Shown one piece after another: positions 1-10,265 of a DNA stretch of 64,000 nt (position 1 is the stretch's first letter; every line of letters begins with the position of its first letter). This stretch comes from an uncultured Verrucomicrobiae bacterium (GTDB taxonomy: Bacteria; Verrucomicrobiota; Verrucomicrobiia; Chthoniobacterales; UBA10450): contig CAVSDR010000003.1 of assembly GCA_963726745.1 (NCBI GenBank), forward strand, positions 160,001 through 224,000. Direction: 5' to 3'. The notes under the pieces are model-generated. The model had not been told where the DNA came from. It saw only the letters and a list, made by a program, of their open reading frames with translations, and did no database searches. Both the position numbers and the translations under genes were made by a program.

Positions 1-478
1 GCAGGAGCGCCGCCGCCTCGATCTCGGTGCGGCCTTTCAATTTGTAGCCGCCTTCCTCGCGCACGCTTTGCGGCAGCATCCCGATGTGCGCCATGAAGGG
101 AATGCCCGCGCGCACGATTGCCTCGATCTGCGGGACGTGATTCGTCCCGCCCTCGAGCTTTACTCCCTGCGCACCCGCGGCCACCAAGGCTCGCGCCGTC
201 GCCACCGCCTGCTCCGGCGTGTCATAGGTGTGGATCGGCAGGTCGGCCACGAGGAAGGCGCGCTTCACCGCCCGCGCGGCGGCGCGCGTGTGATGGAGCA
301 TTTCCGCGAGGGTCACCTCGGTCGTGTCCTCGTAGCCGAGCACGACCATGCCTAACGAGTCGCCGACCAGGATGAGGTCGATCCCCGCTTCGTCGAGCAG
401 CCGCGCGGTCGGGTAATCGTAGGCCGTCAGGGCCGTGATTCGCTCGCCGCGCAGCTTCTTCTGGCGAAAATCTTCCAT
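1..478 (-). CDS. panB: 3-methyl-2-oxobutanoate hydroxymethyltransferase (3' end runs off window)
   Basis: Manual translation: MEDFRQKKLRGERITALTAYDYPTARLLDEAGIDLILVGDSLGMVVLG...GVKLEGG...AHIGMLPQ, typical PanB motifs. Confidence 0.95.
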   Translation of the reverse strand, partial: MEDFRQKKLRGERITALTAYDYPTARLLDEAGIDLILVGDSLGMVVLGYEDTTEVTLAEMLHHTRAAARAVKRAFLVADLPIHTYDTPEQAVATARALVAAGAQGVKLEGGTNHVPQIEAIVRAGIPFMAHIGMLPQSVREEGGYKLKGRTEIEAAALL

Positions 479-489
479 CGCCCGGAAGG

Positions 490-984
490 CTACCACCGGG
501 AAGCGACCCGCACCAATCCCTCTGTCGCCGGCAATTGCGCGAGCAACTGCGCGACTGTGCGCGCCTGTCCCGGCAGGATCAGCTCCGGACGAATCTCCGC
601 CAGCGGCGCGAGCACGAATCGGCGCGCGGTCATGCGCGGATGCGGCAACTCCAGCGTCTCCGTGTGGATGATCTCGCTGTCTAAATAAAGCAGGTCGAGA
701 TCGAGCGTGCGCGGGGCGTTCTTCGGGTGCTCCGGCGCGCGTCCCGCCGCCGCCTCGAACTCGCGCAGTTTAGCCAGCAACTCGAGCGCCTCTCCGGCCC
801 ACTCCAGCTCGACCACCGCGTTGAGGAATTTCGGGTCGTCCGGCGCGCACTCCACCGGCTCGGTCTCATAAATTGCGGAAGCCAGGACTGGCTCCCTAAC
901 GAGTCGTGCCAGCGCCGCCTTCGCGGCCGACAGGTGCGCCCGGCGGTCTCCCAGGTTCGAGCCGAGGGCAATGCCCGCCCTCAT
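490..984 (-). CDS. folK: 2-amino-4-hydroxy-6-hydroxymethyldihydropteridine diphosphokinase
   Basis: IALGSNLGD, FLNAVV, PRTLDLDLL, LPHPRM..RRFVLAPL; ATGA overlap with dapB stop. Confidence 0.95.
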   Translation of the reverse strand: MRAGIALGSNLGDRRAHLSAAKAALARLVREPVLASAIYETEPVECAPDDPKFLNAVVELEWAGEALELLAKLREFEAAAGRAPEHPKNAPRTLDLDLLYLDSEIIHTETLELPHPRMTARRFVLAPLAEIRPELILPGQARTVAQLLAQLPATEGLVRVASRW

Positions 985-1676
985 GAGAGGCCGAGCACGT
1001 CCTCCATCGAGTAAAGCCCGGGCGGCTTCCCCATGAGCCATTGCGCGGCGCGCAGCGCCCCGGCGGCGAAAGTGTCGCGGCTCGCGGCCTGGTGCATGAG
1101 CTCCAGGCGTTCGCCGGCCCCGGCAAAAATCACCGTGTGCTCGCCCACCACATCGCCACCACGCAGCGCGTGCATCCCGATCTGCCGGGCGGGCCGTTCG
1201 CCGGTCATCCCTTCGCGCCCGTGGACCACGTCCCGCTCGTAATCGAGCCCGCGCGCTTCACACAAAATTTCCGCCAACCGCCGGGCCGTGCCGCTGGGCG
1301 CATCCTTCTTCAGCCGATGGTGCATCTCCACCACCTCGAGCTCGAATTCGCTGCCTAACAACTCCGCCGCGCGCCGCGTGAGCGCGAAGAGCGCGTTCAC
1401 CCCGATGCTGAAATTAGCCGACAAGATCACCGGCAGACGCTCGGCCGCAGCCGCGATCTTATCCCGCTCCGCCTGCGCCTGCCCAGTGGTGCCGATGACC
1501 ACCGGCTTCCCGTGCGCCAGGGTGCTGGCGGTCGCGTTCGCGTGGCTGAAATCGATGATCACGTCACAGCGCTCGAGATCGGCAATCTCCACTTCCGGCA
1601 TCGTCCCGGCGAGGTGCACGATCGCCTGCCCCATCCGGCCGCCCGCGCCGACCAAGCCGATCTGCAGCGCGCTCAT
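981..1676 (-). CDS. dapB: 4-hydroxy-tetrahydrodipicolinate reductase
   Basis: GAGGRMG, VIGTTG, EMHHRLKKDAPSGTA; start at 1676 overlaps dapA stop (ATGA). Confidence 0.95.
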   Translation of the reverse strand: MSALQIGLVGAGGRMGQAIVHLAGTMPEVEIADLERCDVIIDFSHANATASTLAHGKPVVIGTTGQAQAERDKIAAAAERLPVILSANFSIGVNALFALTRRAAELLGSEFELEVVEMHHRLKKDAPSGTARRLAEILCEARGLDYERDVVHGREGMTGERPARQIGMHALRGGDVVGEHTVIFAGAGERLELMHQAASRDTFAAGALRAAQWLMGKPPGLYSMEDVLGLS

Positions 1677-2554
1677 GGCTCGCTGGCGTCGAAGGCGGCG
1701 AGCGTTTTCCGCAGGCGCACTTCGGTTTCCGGCGCCATCTCGCAGAGCGGCAGCCGCACTTCCGCCGACATCATCCCGCGCCAGGCGAGCGCGGTTTTCA
1801 CCGGCACCGGGTTGGGTTCCATGAAGAGATCCTTGAAGAGCGGGAGCAAGCGCTGATGCCGCCGCCGCGCTTCCACGATCTCGCCGCGCTCGAAGGCGCG
1901 CACCAGCGCGACCACTTCCGCTGGAACAAGATTCGAAGCCACGCTGACCACGCCGACCGCACCCGCAGCCATGAAGGGCAGCGTCAGGCCGTCGTCTCCG
2001 CTCAGGACGGTGAAGCTTTCCGGGAGGAGCGCGCGCAACTCGCTCACGCGATCGACGCTGCCGCTGGCCTCCTTGATCGAGACGATGTTGCCGCAGGCTT
2101 CCGCCAGACGCCGAACAGTCGCCGGCTGGATGTCGACGCCGCAGCGCCCGGGAATGTTGTAGAGCATGATCGGCAGTTTGGTCGCCTGCGCGATCGCCTG
2201 GAAATGCCGGAACAAACCTTCCTGGCTCGGCTTGTTGTAATACGGCGCGACCACCAGCGCGCCCTGCACCCCGAGCTTCTCCGCGGCCACAGTGGCGGCG
2301 ATCGCTTCGCTCGTGGCATACGACCCCGTGCCGGCCATGACCGTGCAACGCCCCTGCGCGATCTCCACCGCGAGCCGGATCGCCTGCTCGCGCTCGTCGT
2401 GCGACAGCGTGGGCGTTTCGCCGGTGGTGCCGATGGCGATGATCCCGGTGATGCCGGCCGCGACCTGGCTCTCGATCAATTTCTCGAACGCCGGGACGTC
2501 GATCGCGCCGTCGCGGAAAGGCGTGACCAGCGCGGTGTAGGTGCCCTTGAACAT
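1673..2554 (-). CDS. dapA: 4-hydroxy-tetrahydrodipicolinate synthase
   Basis: ALVTPF, GTTGE, YNIPGR, IKEASG, LSGDD, PNPVPVK. Confidence 0.97.
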   Translation of the reverse strand: MFKGTYTALVTPFRDGAIDVPAFEKLIESQVAAGITGIIAIGTTGETPTLSHDEREQAIRLAVEIAQGRCTVMAGTGSYATSEAIAATVAAEKLGVQGALVVAPYYNKPSQEGLFRHFQAIAQATKLPIMLYNIPGRCGVDIQPATVRRLAEACGNIVSIKEASGSVDRVSELRALLPESFTVLSGDDGLTLPFMAAGAVGVVSVASNLVPAEVVALVRAFERGEIVEARRRHQRLLPLFKDLFMEPNPVPVKTALAWRGMMSAEVRLPLCEMAPETEVRLRKTLAAFDASEP

Positions 2555-2558
2555 CTCG

Positions 2559-3368
2559 TTAGACCTCGACCGTGCCTTCGAAGACGAAGTCGGCCGGGCC
2601 GCTCAAGGTCACGCCGGTGAAAGTGCTGTCTGTTTTGGTGAAGCCGACCTCGAGCGCGTCGCCGCCTTTGACGTGCACGCGGATCGGGGAGGCCGCACCT
2701 TCCGTGGCCGCGAAGAGAATTGCGCTCGCGACCACGCCCGTGCCACAGGCCAGGGTCTCGTCCTCCACCCCGCGCTCGTAAGTGCGAATGGCAATCTCCT
2801 GCGGCCCGCGCCGTTCCAGGAAATCAACGTTGGTCCCGCGCGGGGCGAATTCCGCGTGGTGCCGCAACGCGGAGCCGAGCGGGCGGATATCGACCTCGGA
2901 AATAGCCGGCACGATCACAACCGCATGCGGCACGCCGCTGTCGACGTAATGGCAGGTGTAGGTATCACCCAGCGCTTCGACCTGGAGGCCGAGGCGCATG
3001 TCCTTCGGGTCGCTCATCTGCAAGGTCACCGCTTCGCCCTGAAGCTGCGCCGCGATCACGCCCGCGGGCGTTTCGAAGGAGAGGTTCTCGCCGGTCCCGG
3101 CGACGCGGTGCGCGAAGCGGGCAAAGCAGCGCGCGCCGTTGCCGCACATCTCCGCCTCGCCGCCGTCGGCATTGTAATAGCGCATCCGGAAATCGGCGCC
3201 GTTCGCCGCCGGCTCGATCAAAAGCACGCCGTCGGCCCCGATCCCGCGATGGCGATCGCACAGGCGCTCGATCTGTTTGGCGGAGAGCTGCAAGGCGCCC
3301 GCGCGGTTGTCGAGCATGACGAAGTCATTGCCCGCGCCGTTCATTTTGATGAAGTCCAACTTCGGCAT
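2559..3368 (-). CDS. dapF: diaminopimelate epimerase
   Basis: GAGNDF, GIGADG, EMCGNGARC, YERGVEDETLACGTG; GGAGG SD upstream. Confidence 0.97.
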   Translation of the reverse strand: MPKLDFIKMNGAGNDFVMLDNRAGALQLSAKQIERLCDRHRGIGADGVLLIEPAANGADFRMRYYNADGGEAEMCGNGARCFARFAHRVAGTGENLSFETPAGVIAAQLQGEAVTLQMSDPKDMRLGLQVEALGDTYTCHYVDSGVPHAVVIVPAISEVDIRPLGSALRHHAEFAPRGTNVDFLERRGPQEIAIRTYERGVEDETLACGTGVVASAILFAATEGAASPIRVHVKGGDALEVGFTKTDSTFTGVTLSGPADFVFEGTVEV

Positions 3369-3431
3369 GGTGGTCCTCCTCTAGCATGCGGAGCGCGCCC
3401 CGTCATCCGGAGGGCGCTTAAGACACCGCGC

Positions 3432-4222
3432 TTAGCGCCGCGTGGCGCGCGTGAGCGGTTCGACGAAGGCGCGAATTTTGCCGGCGAGATCGGGATCGCC
3501 TCCGTGTTTGGCGATCTGGTCGACAATCGCGCTGCCGACGACCACGCCATCGGCGTGCGCGGCCACGGTTTTAACTTGGTCGGGATTGGAGACGCCGAAA
3601 CCAACGGCAATCGGCAAGTCGGTGCAGCGCGCGAATCTCGGCCACGCGTTCGCCGAGCGAGGCGGCGACGCTGGTTTGCGCGCCGGTCACGCCTTCGCGC
3701 GAGACGTAATAGATGAAGCCCTCGCCGCGCCGGCAGATTTCCTTGAGCCGCGACGCCGGAAGTGGTCGGCGCGACTAGGCGAATGTGCGCGATCGCCGGG
3801 CGGTGCAGCTCCACATCTTCATCGGGCGGAAGATCGAGGATGAGCAAGCCATCGACGCCGGCGGCCTCGGCTTCGCGATAAAAGGCGTCGAGCCCAAACT
3901 GCACCATCGGGTTCAGGTAGGTGTAGAGCACGATCGGGATTTCCGATTGAGCACGCACGGCGCGCACGCACTCGAGCACTCCGCGCACCGTCGCGCCGGC
4001 CTCGAGCGCACGCTGCGCCGCCATTTGGTTCACGATCCCGTCGGCCAGCGGATCGGAGAAAGGGACGCCTAATTCCAGGAGATCGACGCCCGCAGCCTCA
4101 AGCGCGCCGGCGATCTCCAGGGTGCGCGGAAAATCCGGATCGCCCGCGCAGACGTAGGCAATGAAAGCCGCGCGGTTTTCTTTGCGGCATTGAGCGAAGA
4201 GGCGTGCGATACGGTCTGGCAT
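3432..4222 (-). CDS. trpA: tryptophan synthase alpha chain (two apparent +1 frameshifts at ~3760 and ~3630)
   Basis: [14 protein letters not shown], then [44 protein letters not shown] spread over three frames. Confidence 0.9.
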
Positions 4223-4261
4223 TCCGCGCACCTTTCTCCGAAAACCGCCCGCTGCAAAACG

Positions 4262-4909
4262 ATGACTCCCGCGACCTTGCTCAATGGCTTCGTGCTCGGT
4301 TGGTCGGTGGCCTGGCCGCCGGGACCGATCAACGCCGAGATGATCCGACGCGGGTTGGTCCCGAAAGCGCGCGGCGGCGGCTTCTGGGCCGCGTGGCCGA
4401 TCGCGCTTGGCGCCTGCACCGGCGATTTCCTCTGGGCGTTTTGCGTCTCGTTAGGCGCAGGCGCGATTCTGAACTCGCTGGCTATTCGCCGCACCCTCGC
4501 GGTCGTGAGCTTGTCGCTTCTTCTCTTCCTGGCGACCAAGTTTGCCCTGGCTGCGTGGCAGATTTACCAGACCCATCGCGCGGCCGAACCGGGCGTTTTC
4601 GGCGAGGAAAAGCGGACGCGCGGCGGCTATTTCCTGGGGCTGCTGGTGGTCCTGACCAGTCCGTGGAACGTCGGCTTCTGGCTCGCGGTCATCGGTTCGC
4701 AGACGAACCTGGCGCACGGCGTGCGGGAGTCGCTCGCGCTCGCCGCGTCGGTGGTCTTGGGCGCGTTTGTTTGGGGCGTGGTGCTTTGCACCGCGGTGCA
4801 ACTCGGCGCGCGCATCTTCGCCCGGCCCGCCTGGCAGATCGGCACCCAGGCGCTGACCGCGGTGGTCATGCTTTGGTTTGCCGCGCGGTTGCTCCTGAAC
4901 TTTCCGTAA
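4262..4909 (+). CDS. LysE/RhtB family amino-acid exporter
   Basis: PPGPINA, GACTGD, LTSPWNVGFW; about 6 hydrophobic helices. Confidence 0.85.
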   Translation: MTPATLLNGFVLGWSVAWPPGPINAEMIRRGLVPKARGGGFWAAWPIALGACTGDFLWAFCVSLGAGAILNSLAIRRTLAVVSLSLLLFLATKFALAAWQIYQTHRAAEPGVFGEEKRTRGGYFLGLLVVLTSPWNVGFWLAVIGSQTNLAHGVRESLALAASVVLGAFVWGVVLCTAVQLGARIFARPAWQIGTQALTAVVMLWFAARLLLNFP

Positions 4910-4919
4910 ACGCCCGGCG

Positions 4920-5801
4920 CTAGTGTTTCGGCGCGCGGACAGTGCCGGTCTCGATCGCGCTTCGGCGCTGGGCCACGATGCGGTTGGCGGTTTCCTCGAC
5001 CATCTGCTCGAGGAGCATGCGCAAGTGCGTCCCGCGGCGATAATCTGCCGGCGCCATGTGGCGCACGCGATCCGCATGAGTCGCGAGCTGGAAACATTTC
5101 TTGAAGCCGGCCCGCGCCGGGTCGTCCGGATTATAGACCGCGATCGCTTCGCCGCCGTTCTTCCGCATGACCGTGAAGCACGGGACGTCGGTCGGGCCGT
5201 CGCCCAGGTAAATCATGTTCGGGAACGGAATCGGCCGAATGTCCGGGTCCATGTGATCGTTTACATCCTCGCTCATTTCGAGCAGGCCCTTGTTGATCCG
5301 GAAAAGATACTGCGTCTTCTGCGTGTGACTGATCACGCGCTTCGGGAAGGTGATCCGGCCCTCCCGGTCCTCGGCAAATTCGCAGCCGAAAATCGCGCGC
5401 ACATACGGCGCCAGGCGGCTGCCCTCGATCAAAATCTTCATCCCGGAGGAGATGATGTAATGCTCCACGTTGATCCCGTGGCTGCGGTGTTCCTCGGTCA
5501 GGAGCGTGCTGGCAAAATCATCGAACATCTCCGGCAACCCTTGGTAGAAATTCAATTTGCCGCCTAACGACTTGAGCTCGGCGTTGGTCGGCCGGTCCAT
5601 CCCGAGCGTGTCCAGCAGCACCTTCATGTAGGCCAGCTCGCTATCGTAGCCTTCCTCGCGCACGAATTCGCTGCAGCGCCGCCAGAAGCTGTCCTTGTTG
5701 ATCCCGAAGGCGGGGAAGACCACCTCGTCCTGCATGTAGCTCGGGCTGAGCGTTTGGTCGTAGTCGTAGACGATCGCGATCGTGTTTTGCGGAGTGGCCA
5801 T
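4920..5801 (-). CDS. HAD-like hydrolase
   Basis: DYDQTL motif I, ISSG motif II, YLGDGPTD motif IV. Confidence 0.85.
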   Translation of the reverse strand: MATPQNTIAIVYDYDQTLSPSYMQDEVVFPAFGINKDSFWRRCSEFVREEGYDSELAYMKVLLDTLGMDRPTNAELKSLGGKLNFYQGLPEMFDDFASTLLTEEHRSHGINVEHYIISSGMKILIEGSRLAPYVRAIFGCEFAEDREGRITFPKRVISHTQKTQYLFRINKGLLEMSEDVNDHMDPDIRPIPFPNMIYLGDGPTDVPCFTVMRKNGGEAIAVYNPDDPARAGFKKCFQLATHADRVRHMAPADYRRGTHLRMLLEQMVEETANRIVAQRRSAIETGTVRAPKH

Positions 5802-5807
5802 GGCTGG

Positions 5808-6437
5808 TTAACGAGTCTGCAGCTGCGCCACGAAATCGGCAAAAAGCGTCTCGTAGCCGGGACTGCGCTCGGGATGATACTGCACCCCGACGACAAAAGG
5901 ATGACTCGTTAGGCGAACCTGCTCGATGATGTCGTCGTCTGCGCTCCAGGCCTCGACCACCAGCCCGTCGCCCAGGCGATCGATCGCCTGGTGATGCGCG
6001 CTGTTCACTTTTTCAAAGCGATGCCGCGCGGCGCGTTCCGTGCGCAGCGGCTGCACGTTCTCGTCGCGCTGCTCCGGCGCGTTGTGGCCGGGAATGTCGA
6101 GGCGCAGGGTGCCGTCGAGAGCGACGTTCAAAAGCTGGTGGCCTTTGCAAATGGCCAGGATCGGCAGGTCGTGCTCGAGCGCATATTTCGCGGCCGCAAA
6201 TTCCCAGGCATCGCGCACCGGATCGACATCCGTGTCGAGCACCGAAGGATCGGGGATCTCCTGGCGCAGGAATTCCGCCGAGACATCCGGGCCGCCGGTG
6301 AGGAGCAGGCCGTCCATCTCTTCCAACGGCACCGCGCGCTCCGCGGCGTTCCAAAATTCCACCTCCGGATGCGCGGCAAAGGCGCGTTGGAACGGCGGGA
6401 CATCCTTCGGCCGAATCCAGGAAGCCACTTTCAACAT
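5808..6437 (-). CDS. class I glutamine amidotransferase, peptidase C26 / gamma-glutamyl-GABA hydrolase family
   Basis: LLLTGGPD, AICKGHQLLNV, NSAHHQAI, GVQYHPE. Confidence 0.9.
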   Translation of the reverse strand: MLKVASWIRPKDVPPFQRAFAAHPEVEFWNAAERAVPLEEMDGLLLTGGPDVSAEFLRQEIPDPSVLDTDVDPVRDAWEFAAAKYALEHDLPILAICKGHQLLNVALDGTLRLDIPGHNAPEQRDENVQPLRTERAARHRFEKVNSAHHQAIDRLGDGLVVEAWSADDDIIEQVRLTSHPFVVGVQYHPERSPGYETLFADFVAQLQTR

Positions 6438-6530
6438 CGCGAAGTGTGGGGTCCTTCCGGAGAGTTGTAAACTCGACCGCGAGCGCTCAGCGCAAGGCCG
6501 GCAAGCGAGAGCCAGCCGTTTCTAAGGACG

Positions 6531-8225
6531 ATGAAACGTTTGCTTCTGCTCGGCCTGGCAGCGGTTTCTTTGCAGCTGAACGCGGCGGCGAAAACGGAGA
6601 AGCCAGCGCCACGCGTCGAGATGACCGTGCCGGAGATCCGCGATGCCTTGCAGCAACACCAGTTCTCGATCGAGCGCCTCACGCGTTTCTACCTCGACCG
6701 CATCGCGGCCTATGACGATGCCGGGCCAAAAATCAACGCCGTGCTTGCGCTCAACCCTGCGGCGCTCGATCAAGCGCGCGCGCTTGACCGGCAGCGCGCT
6801 CAAAAAACGCGGCCGCCGCTTTTTGGCGTGCCGATCTTGCTCAAAGACAACATCGACACCGCCGACCTGCCGACCACTGCGGGCAGCGTCGCCCTGCGCG
6901 ATTCCCGGCCACCAGACGACGCTTTCATCGTGCAACGCCTCCGCGCGGCGGGCGCGATCGTCCTCGGAAAAGCGACGCTGACCGAGTGGGCCAACTTCCT
7001 CGCGCCAAACACCCCCGCGGGCTACAGCTCGCTGGCTGGTTTCAGCTTCAATCCCTACGACCCGCGGCCGGACTCGCGCAGCGAGGCGCCGTTCAACGAC
7101 GGGCGCCCGGTGCTCCCGACCGGCGGCTCCAGTTCCGGCCCGGCGCTGGCGGTGAACGCGAACTTGGCCGCGGTTGCGATCGGCACAGAGACCGATGGCT
7201 CGATCCTGAGCCCGGCGAACGCCAACGGCGTGGTCGGAATCAAACCAACGCTTGGCCTGGTGAGCCGGGACGGCATCATCCCGATCACCGCCGATCAGGA
7301 TACTGCCGGCCCGATCACGCGCACGGTGACCGACGCGGCGATCGTCCTCGGTGTGATCGCGGGCCACGACCCGAAAGACCCGGCGACAGATGTTTGCCTA
7401 ACGAAAGGTCGCTGCCTGACGGATTACACCCGCTTCCTCGATCGGAAAGCACTGCGCGGCGCGCGGCTGGCGGTTTACACTCCGCGCACGCCGCTGCCGG
7501 CGAATCGCCAGGGACTCCTCGACGCCGCCGTGGCCGATCTTGAAAAGCAGGGCGCCACCGTGCGGCGCCTGGCCGCGGAAGACATTCCGGTTCAGGCCGA
7601 CTCTTGCACCACCTACCCCCTGCCCGCGGTGCCGGAGCCACCGGCGATCCCGTGCTCCTCGGTCCTCCTTTACGGTTTCCGGCGTGATCTTGATACCTAC
7701 TTGGCGAACACGCCCGGCGCACCGCGGCGGAACTTGCAGGAAGTGGTCGCCTTCAATGCAGAGCAAGTCCCGCCTTTGAAATACGGACAAGGCATCGCGG
7801 AAGCGGCGAGCCAGCTGGACCTCGCGCCGGAAAGCGCCGACACGCGGCGTTACCAGCAGGATCGCGCGCGCGATCTCGCGCGTTCGCGCGACGCGCTCAA
7901 CGCGATTTACTACGGGCCGGACGGCCAGCCAGGGACCGAGGACGACACGGATGCAATCATCGCCGTGGGCAACACCTTCAGCACCGCGCCCGCCAAGGCC
8001 GGCTTCCCGAGCGTGACCGTGCCCGGTGGCTTCATCACCGCCGGCCCGAAAGATCCGCCGATTGCGGGGCCCTACCCGCAGACGATCACCTTTTCCGGTC
8101 CGGCCTTCTCGGAACCGAAGCTGATCGCGCTCGCCTACGCTTACGAGCAGGCGACGCAACACCGACGGCCGCCCGCGAGCACGCCGGCTCTCACTGCGGA
8201 CGGCGCGAAGACTAAAGCCCCATGA
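6531..8225 (+). CDS. secreted amidase-signature family enzyme
   Basis: Signal peptide; LKDNIDT, GGSSSG, GTETDGSI (Ser-cisSer-Lys triad). Confidence 0.92.
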   Translation: MKRLLLLGLAAVSLQLNAAAKTEKPAPRVEMTVPEIRDALQQHQFSIERLTRFYLDRIAAYDDAGPKINAVLALNPAALDQARALDRQRAQKTRPPLFGVPILLKDNIDTADLPTTAGSVALRDSRPPDDAFIVQRLRAAGAIVLGKATLTEWANFLAPNTPAGYSSLAGFSFNPYDPRPDSRSEAPFNDGRPVLPTGGSSSGPALAVNANLAAVAIGTETDGSILSPANANGVVGIKPTLGLVSRDGIIPITADQDTAGPITRTVTDAAIVLGVIAGHDPKDPATDVCLTKGRCLTDYTRFLDRKALRGARLAVYTPRTPLPANRQGLLDAAVADLEKQGATVRRLAAEDIPVQADSCTTYPLPAVPEPPAIPCSSVLLYGFRRDLDTYLANTPGAPRRNLQEVVAFNAEQVPPLKYGQGIAEAASQLDLAPESADTRRYQQDRARDLARSRDALNAIYYGPDGQPGTEDDTDAIIAVGNTFSTAPAKAGFPSVTVPGGFITAGPKDPPIAGPYPQTITFSGPAFSEPKLIALAYAYEQATQHRRPPASTPALTADGAKTKAP

Positions 8226-9939
8226 GCTCGCGGACGTATTTCGCCGGCGGGCTGCCGAAGCTCAGGACTTCGTCGTTGTATTTCTTCAGGTCGAATTTTT
8301 CGCCCCGCTTCTTCTGCGCCGCGTTTCGCAGGTCAAGGTGCTCGGTGACGCCGACGAAGTAGGTTGAGAGCTGGGTCGAGGAGAGGCGGGCGCGTTTCCA
8401 TTTGGCCACGGCTTCGCCTTCCTGCTGAAAACCCTCCTTCATCATCAAGTCGAGCGCTTCCTGCTCGCTCATGTTCGCGGTGTGGATCCCCTGGTCGAGG
8501 ATGGCGTTGCAGATCACCCGCAGCCGCATTTTCAGCTGCTGCATCTTCACTTCCGGCCCGCCGTAGCCGGCCTCGGCCATGAATTGTTCCGAGTAAACCG
8601 CCCAGCCCTCGATGAAGCTCCCGCTTTGGAAAATCGCGCGCACCATCGTGGGCGCGCGGAACTTGTTCGAGTGCGCCAACTGCAGGAAATGCCCGGGCAT
8701 GGCCTCGTGCACCGTCAGGTCGCGCATCATGTAGTTGTTATACTCGCGAAAGAACGAGTCCTTCCGCTCCTGCGACCAGCCTGGCGGCGTCGGCTCGATC
8801 GCGAAGAAGGTGGCGCCGTTTTTCTCCAGCGGCCCGGGCGAATCGCAATAGGCGATCCCCTGCCCGCGTTTGAACTCCGGCATGACGATGATCTCGAGCG
8901 GCTCGTCGTAGACCGTGACCAGGTCCTTCTTTTTGGTGAACTCCGTCGCCTCGCGCAGGACCTTCTGCGCGTAGCCGACGATGGTCTCGTCGTTCGGGTG
9001 TTCCTCCGCGAGCTTGTCCAGCACCGCGGTCGTGACCTTGCGCTTGTCGCCTAACGACTCCTTGTCCGCCTGCGGGAAATACTTCCGGTAAAGCGGGAGC
9101 GCGGTCTGGTAGATCGCCGTCTGCGTGGCCGCGAGATCGGCCCGGGCTCGCTTCATGATCTCCTCCATCGACAAATCGGAGGCGAGCGCGAAGTGCAGCT
9201 TTTGCCGGAACTTCTCCGCGCCCAGGCGGAAGTCGCCATCGCTCCGCGGGAGCAGATCGGTCTCGAGCCACTTCTTGTATTCTTCCAAAGCGCTGGCTGT
9301 TTTCTCCTGCAACGGGGCCAGCTCCGCCTTCATCTCCGGCGCCTGGCTGAGCACCGGCTCCAGCCCTTCGCGCACGAAACTGATCGCGCCCTGCATCTGC
9401 TCGATCGCGGTCTCGGTGTAGATCTTCGGCGAATGCTGCAGATTCGCTTTCGCCTGCGCGATCACCGCGGGAATTCCTTCCATGCGCGCGCGCAAATTTG
9501 GGATGCGCTCCTTCGCCGGCGCGAAGTCGCGCGCGATCAATAGATAGAGGCTGTTGACCAGGCTCTGGTTGTAAACCAGCGGGTTCCACTCGGCCTCGCG
9601 CAGGACCTCGAGGCTGAAGATTTCGCCCTCGACGTTCTCTTTCAGGATGCGGAAGTCGACGTTGTTCGCACCCGTGAGCGCCTTCGGATTTTCGAAGCCG
9701 TTTAATTTAGCCAGCACTTCCTTCTGACGCGCAAGCTCGGCCGCGCGGGCATCATCCGAATAGTCGCTCAGTTTGCTGTCAAAACGGTGGTCGCCGAGGC
9801 CGGTCGCTTCCTCGGGGTGCGCGCGCAAGCGCTCCTCGAGGTAATTCGCGGCCAGTTTCTGGAATTGTTCATCCGCCGGAGCGGCCTGGGCGACCAGCGG
9901 CGCGGCCAGACTAACGAGGGCAAGCAGGGCGAGCTTCAT
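8212..9939 (-). CDS. DUF885 family secreted protein
   Basis: Signal peptide; HEAMPGHFLQ, FIEGWAVYSE, QLSTYFVG. Confidence 0.9.
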   Translation of the reverse strand: MKLALLALVSLAAPLVAQAAPADEQFQKLAANYLEERLRAHPEEATGLGDHRFDSKLSDYSDDARAAELARQKEVLAKLNGFENPKALTGANNVDFRILKENVEGEIFSLEVLREAEWNPLVYNQSLVNSLYLLIARDFAPAKERIPNLRARMEGIPAVIAQAKANLQHSPKIYTETAIEQMQGAISFVREGLEPVLSQAPEMKAELAPLQEKTASALEEYKKWLETDLLPRSDGDFRLGAEKFRQKLHFALASDLSMEEIMKRARADLAATQTAIYQTALPLYRKYFPQADKESLGDKRKVTTAVLDKLAEEHPNDETIVGYAQKVLREATEFTKKKDLVTVYDEPLEIIVMPEFKRGQGIAYCDSPGPLEKNGATFFAIEPTPPGWSQERKDSFFREYNNYMMRDLTVHEAMPGHFLQLAHSNKFRAPTMVRAIFQSGSFIEGWAVYSEQFMAEAGYGGPEVKMQQLKMRLRVICNAILDQGIHTANMSEQEALDLMMKEGFQQEGEAVAKWKRARLSSTQLSTYFVGVTEHLDLRNAAQKKRGEKFDLKKYNDEVLSFGSPPAKYVRELMGL

Positions 9940-9945
9940 GGGCCC

Positions 9946-9974
9946 ACGCTACGCAGGGGCGCGCGCTTGGACAA
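9946..9974 (-). promoter_or_regulatory. sigma70-like promoter directly ahead of the DUF885 start (leaderless type)
   Basis: TTGTCC-17 nt-TAGCGT-6 nt-ATG on the minus strand. Confidence 0.6.
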
Positions 9975-10029
9975 CCCGCACCCGCGTGATCCTCCCTTGC
10001 GGCGAAAAATCGTCGCCGCATACTCACGG

Positions 10030-10248
10030 GTGCCCTCAAACGAGAAAACCGCGCGCCCTCCGAGCTCGCCCGCGCCGCGCCGCGGCCTGTGGCTCATGGG
10101 GCTGATCCTCGTGGTCATGGCCGCGCTCGCGATCTACTCCAACCGCCAGCGCGCGCATCGCCACCGCATCGAGAAAGTCACCATCGCCCCGCCGCCGGCG
10201 GCTTCCTTTACGCCCACCCCAGAGCCAACACGAATCGAGTCCGATTGA
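10030..10248 (+). CDS. small single-TM hypothetical protein
   Basis: GTG start, GLWLMGLILVVMAALAIY helix, Pro-rich tail; fills the gap before the next gene. Confidence 0.55.
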   Translation: MPSNEKTARPPSSPAPRRGLWLMGLILVVMAALAIYSNRQRAHRHRIEKVTIAPPPAASFTPTPEPTRIESD

Positions 10249-10265
10249 ATAATCGCCGTTACCAG

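Noticed and set aside
981..2348. N-terminally extended DapB (and similar extensions of RplS from 28202, GrpE from 17498, dynamin from 49902)
   Set aside because: The extensions overlap other genes out of frame; true starts are at the conserved N-termini.
3432..4222. trpA as a pseudogene or programmed frameshift
   Set aside because: All motifs are intact across two +1 shifts, matching the indel pattern seen in other genes; most likely an assembly error.
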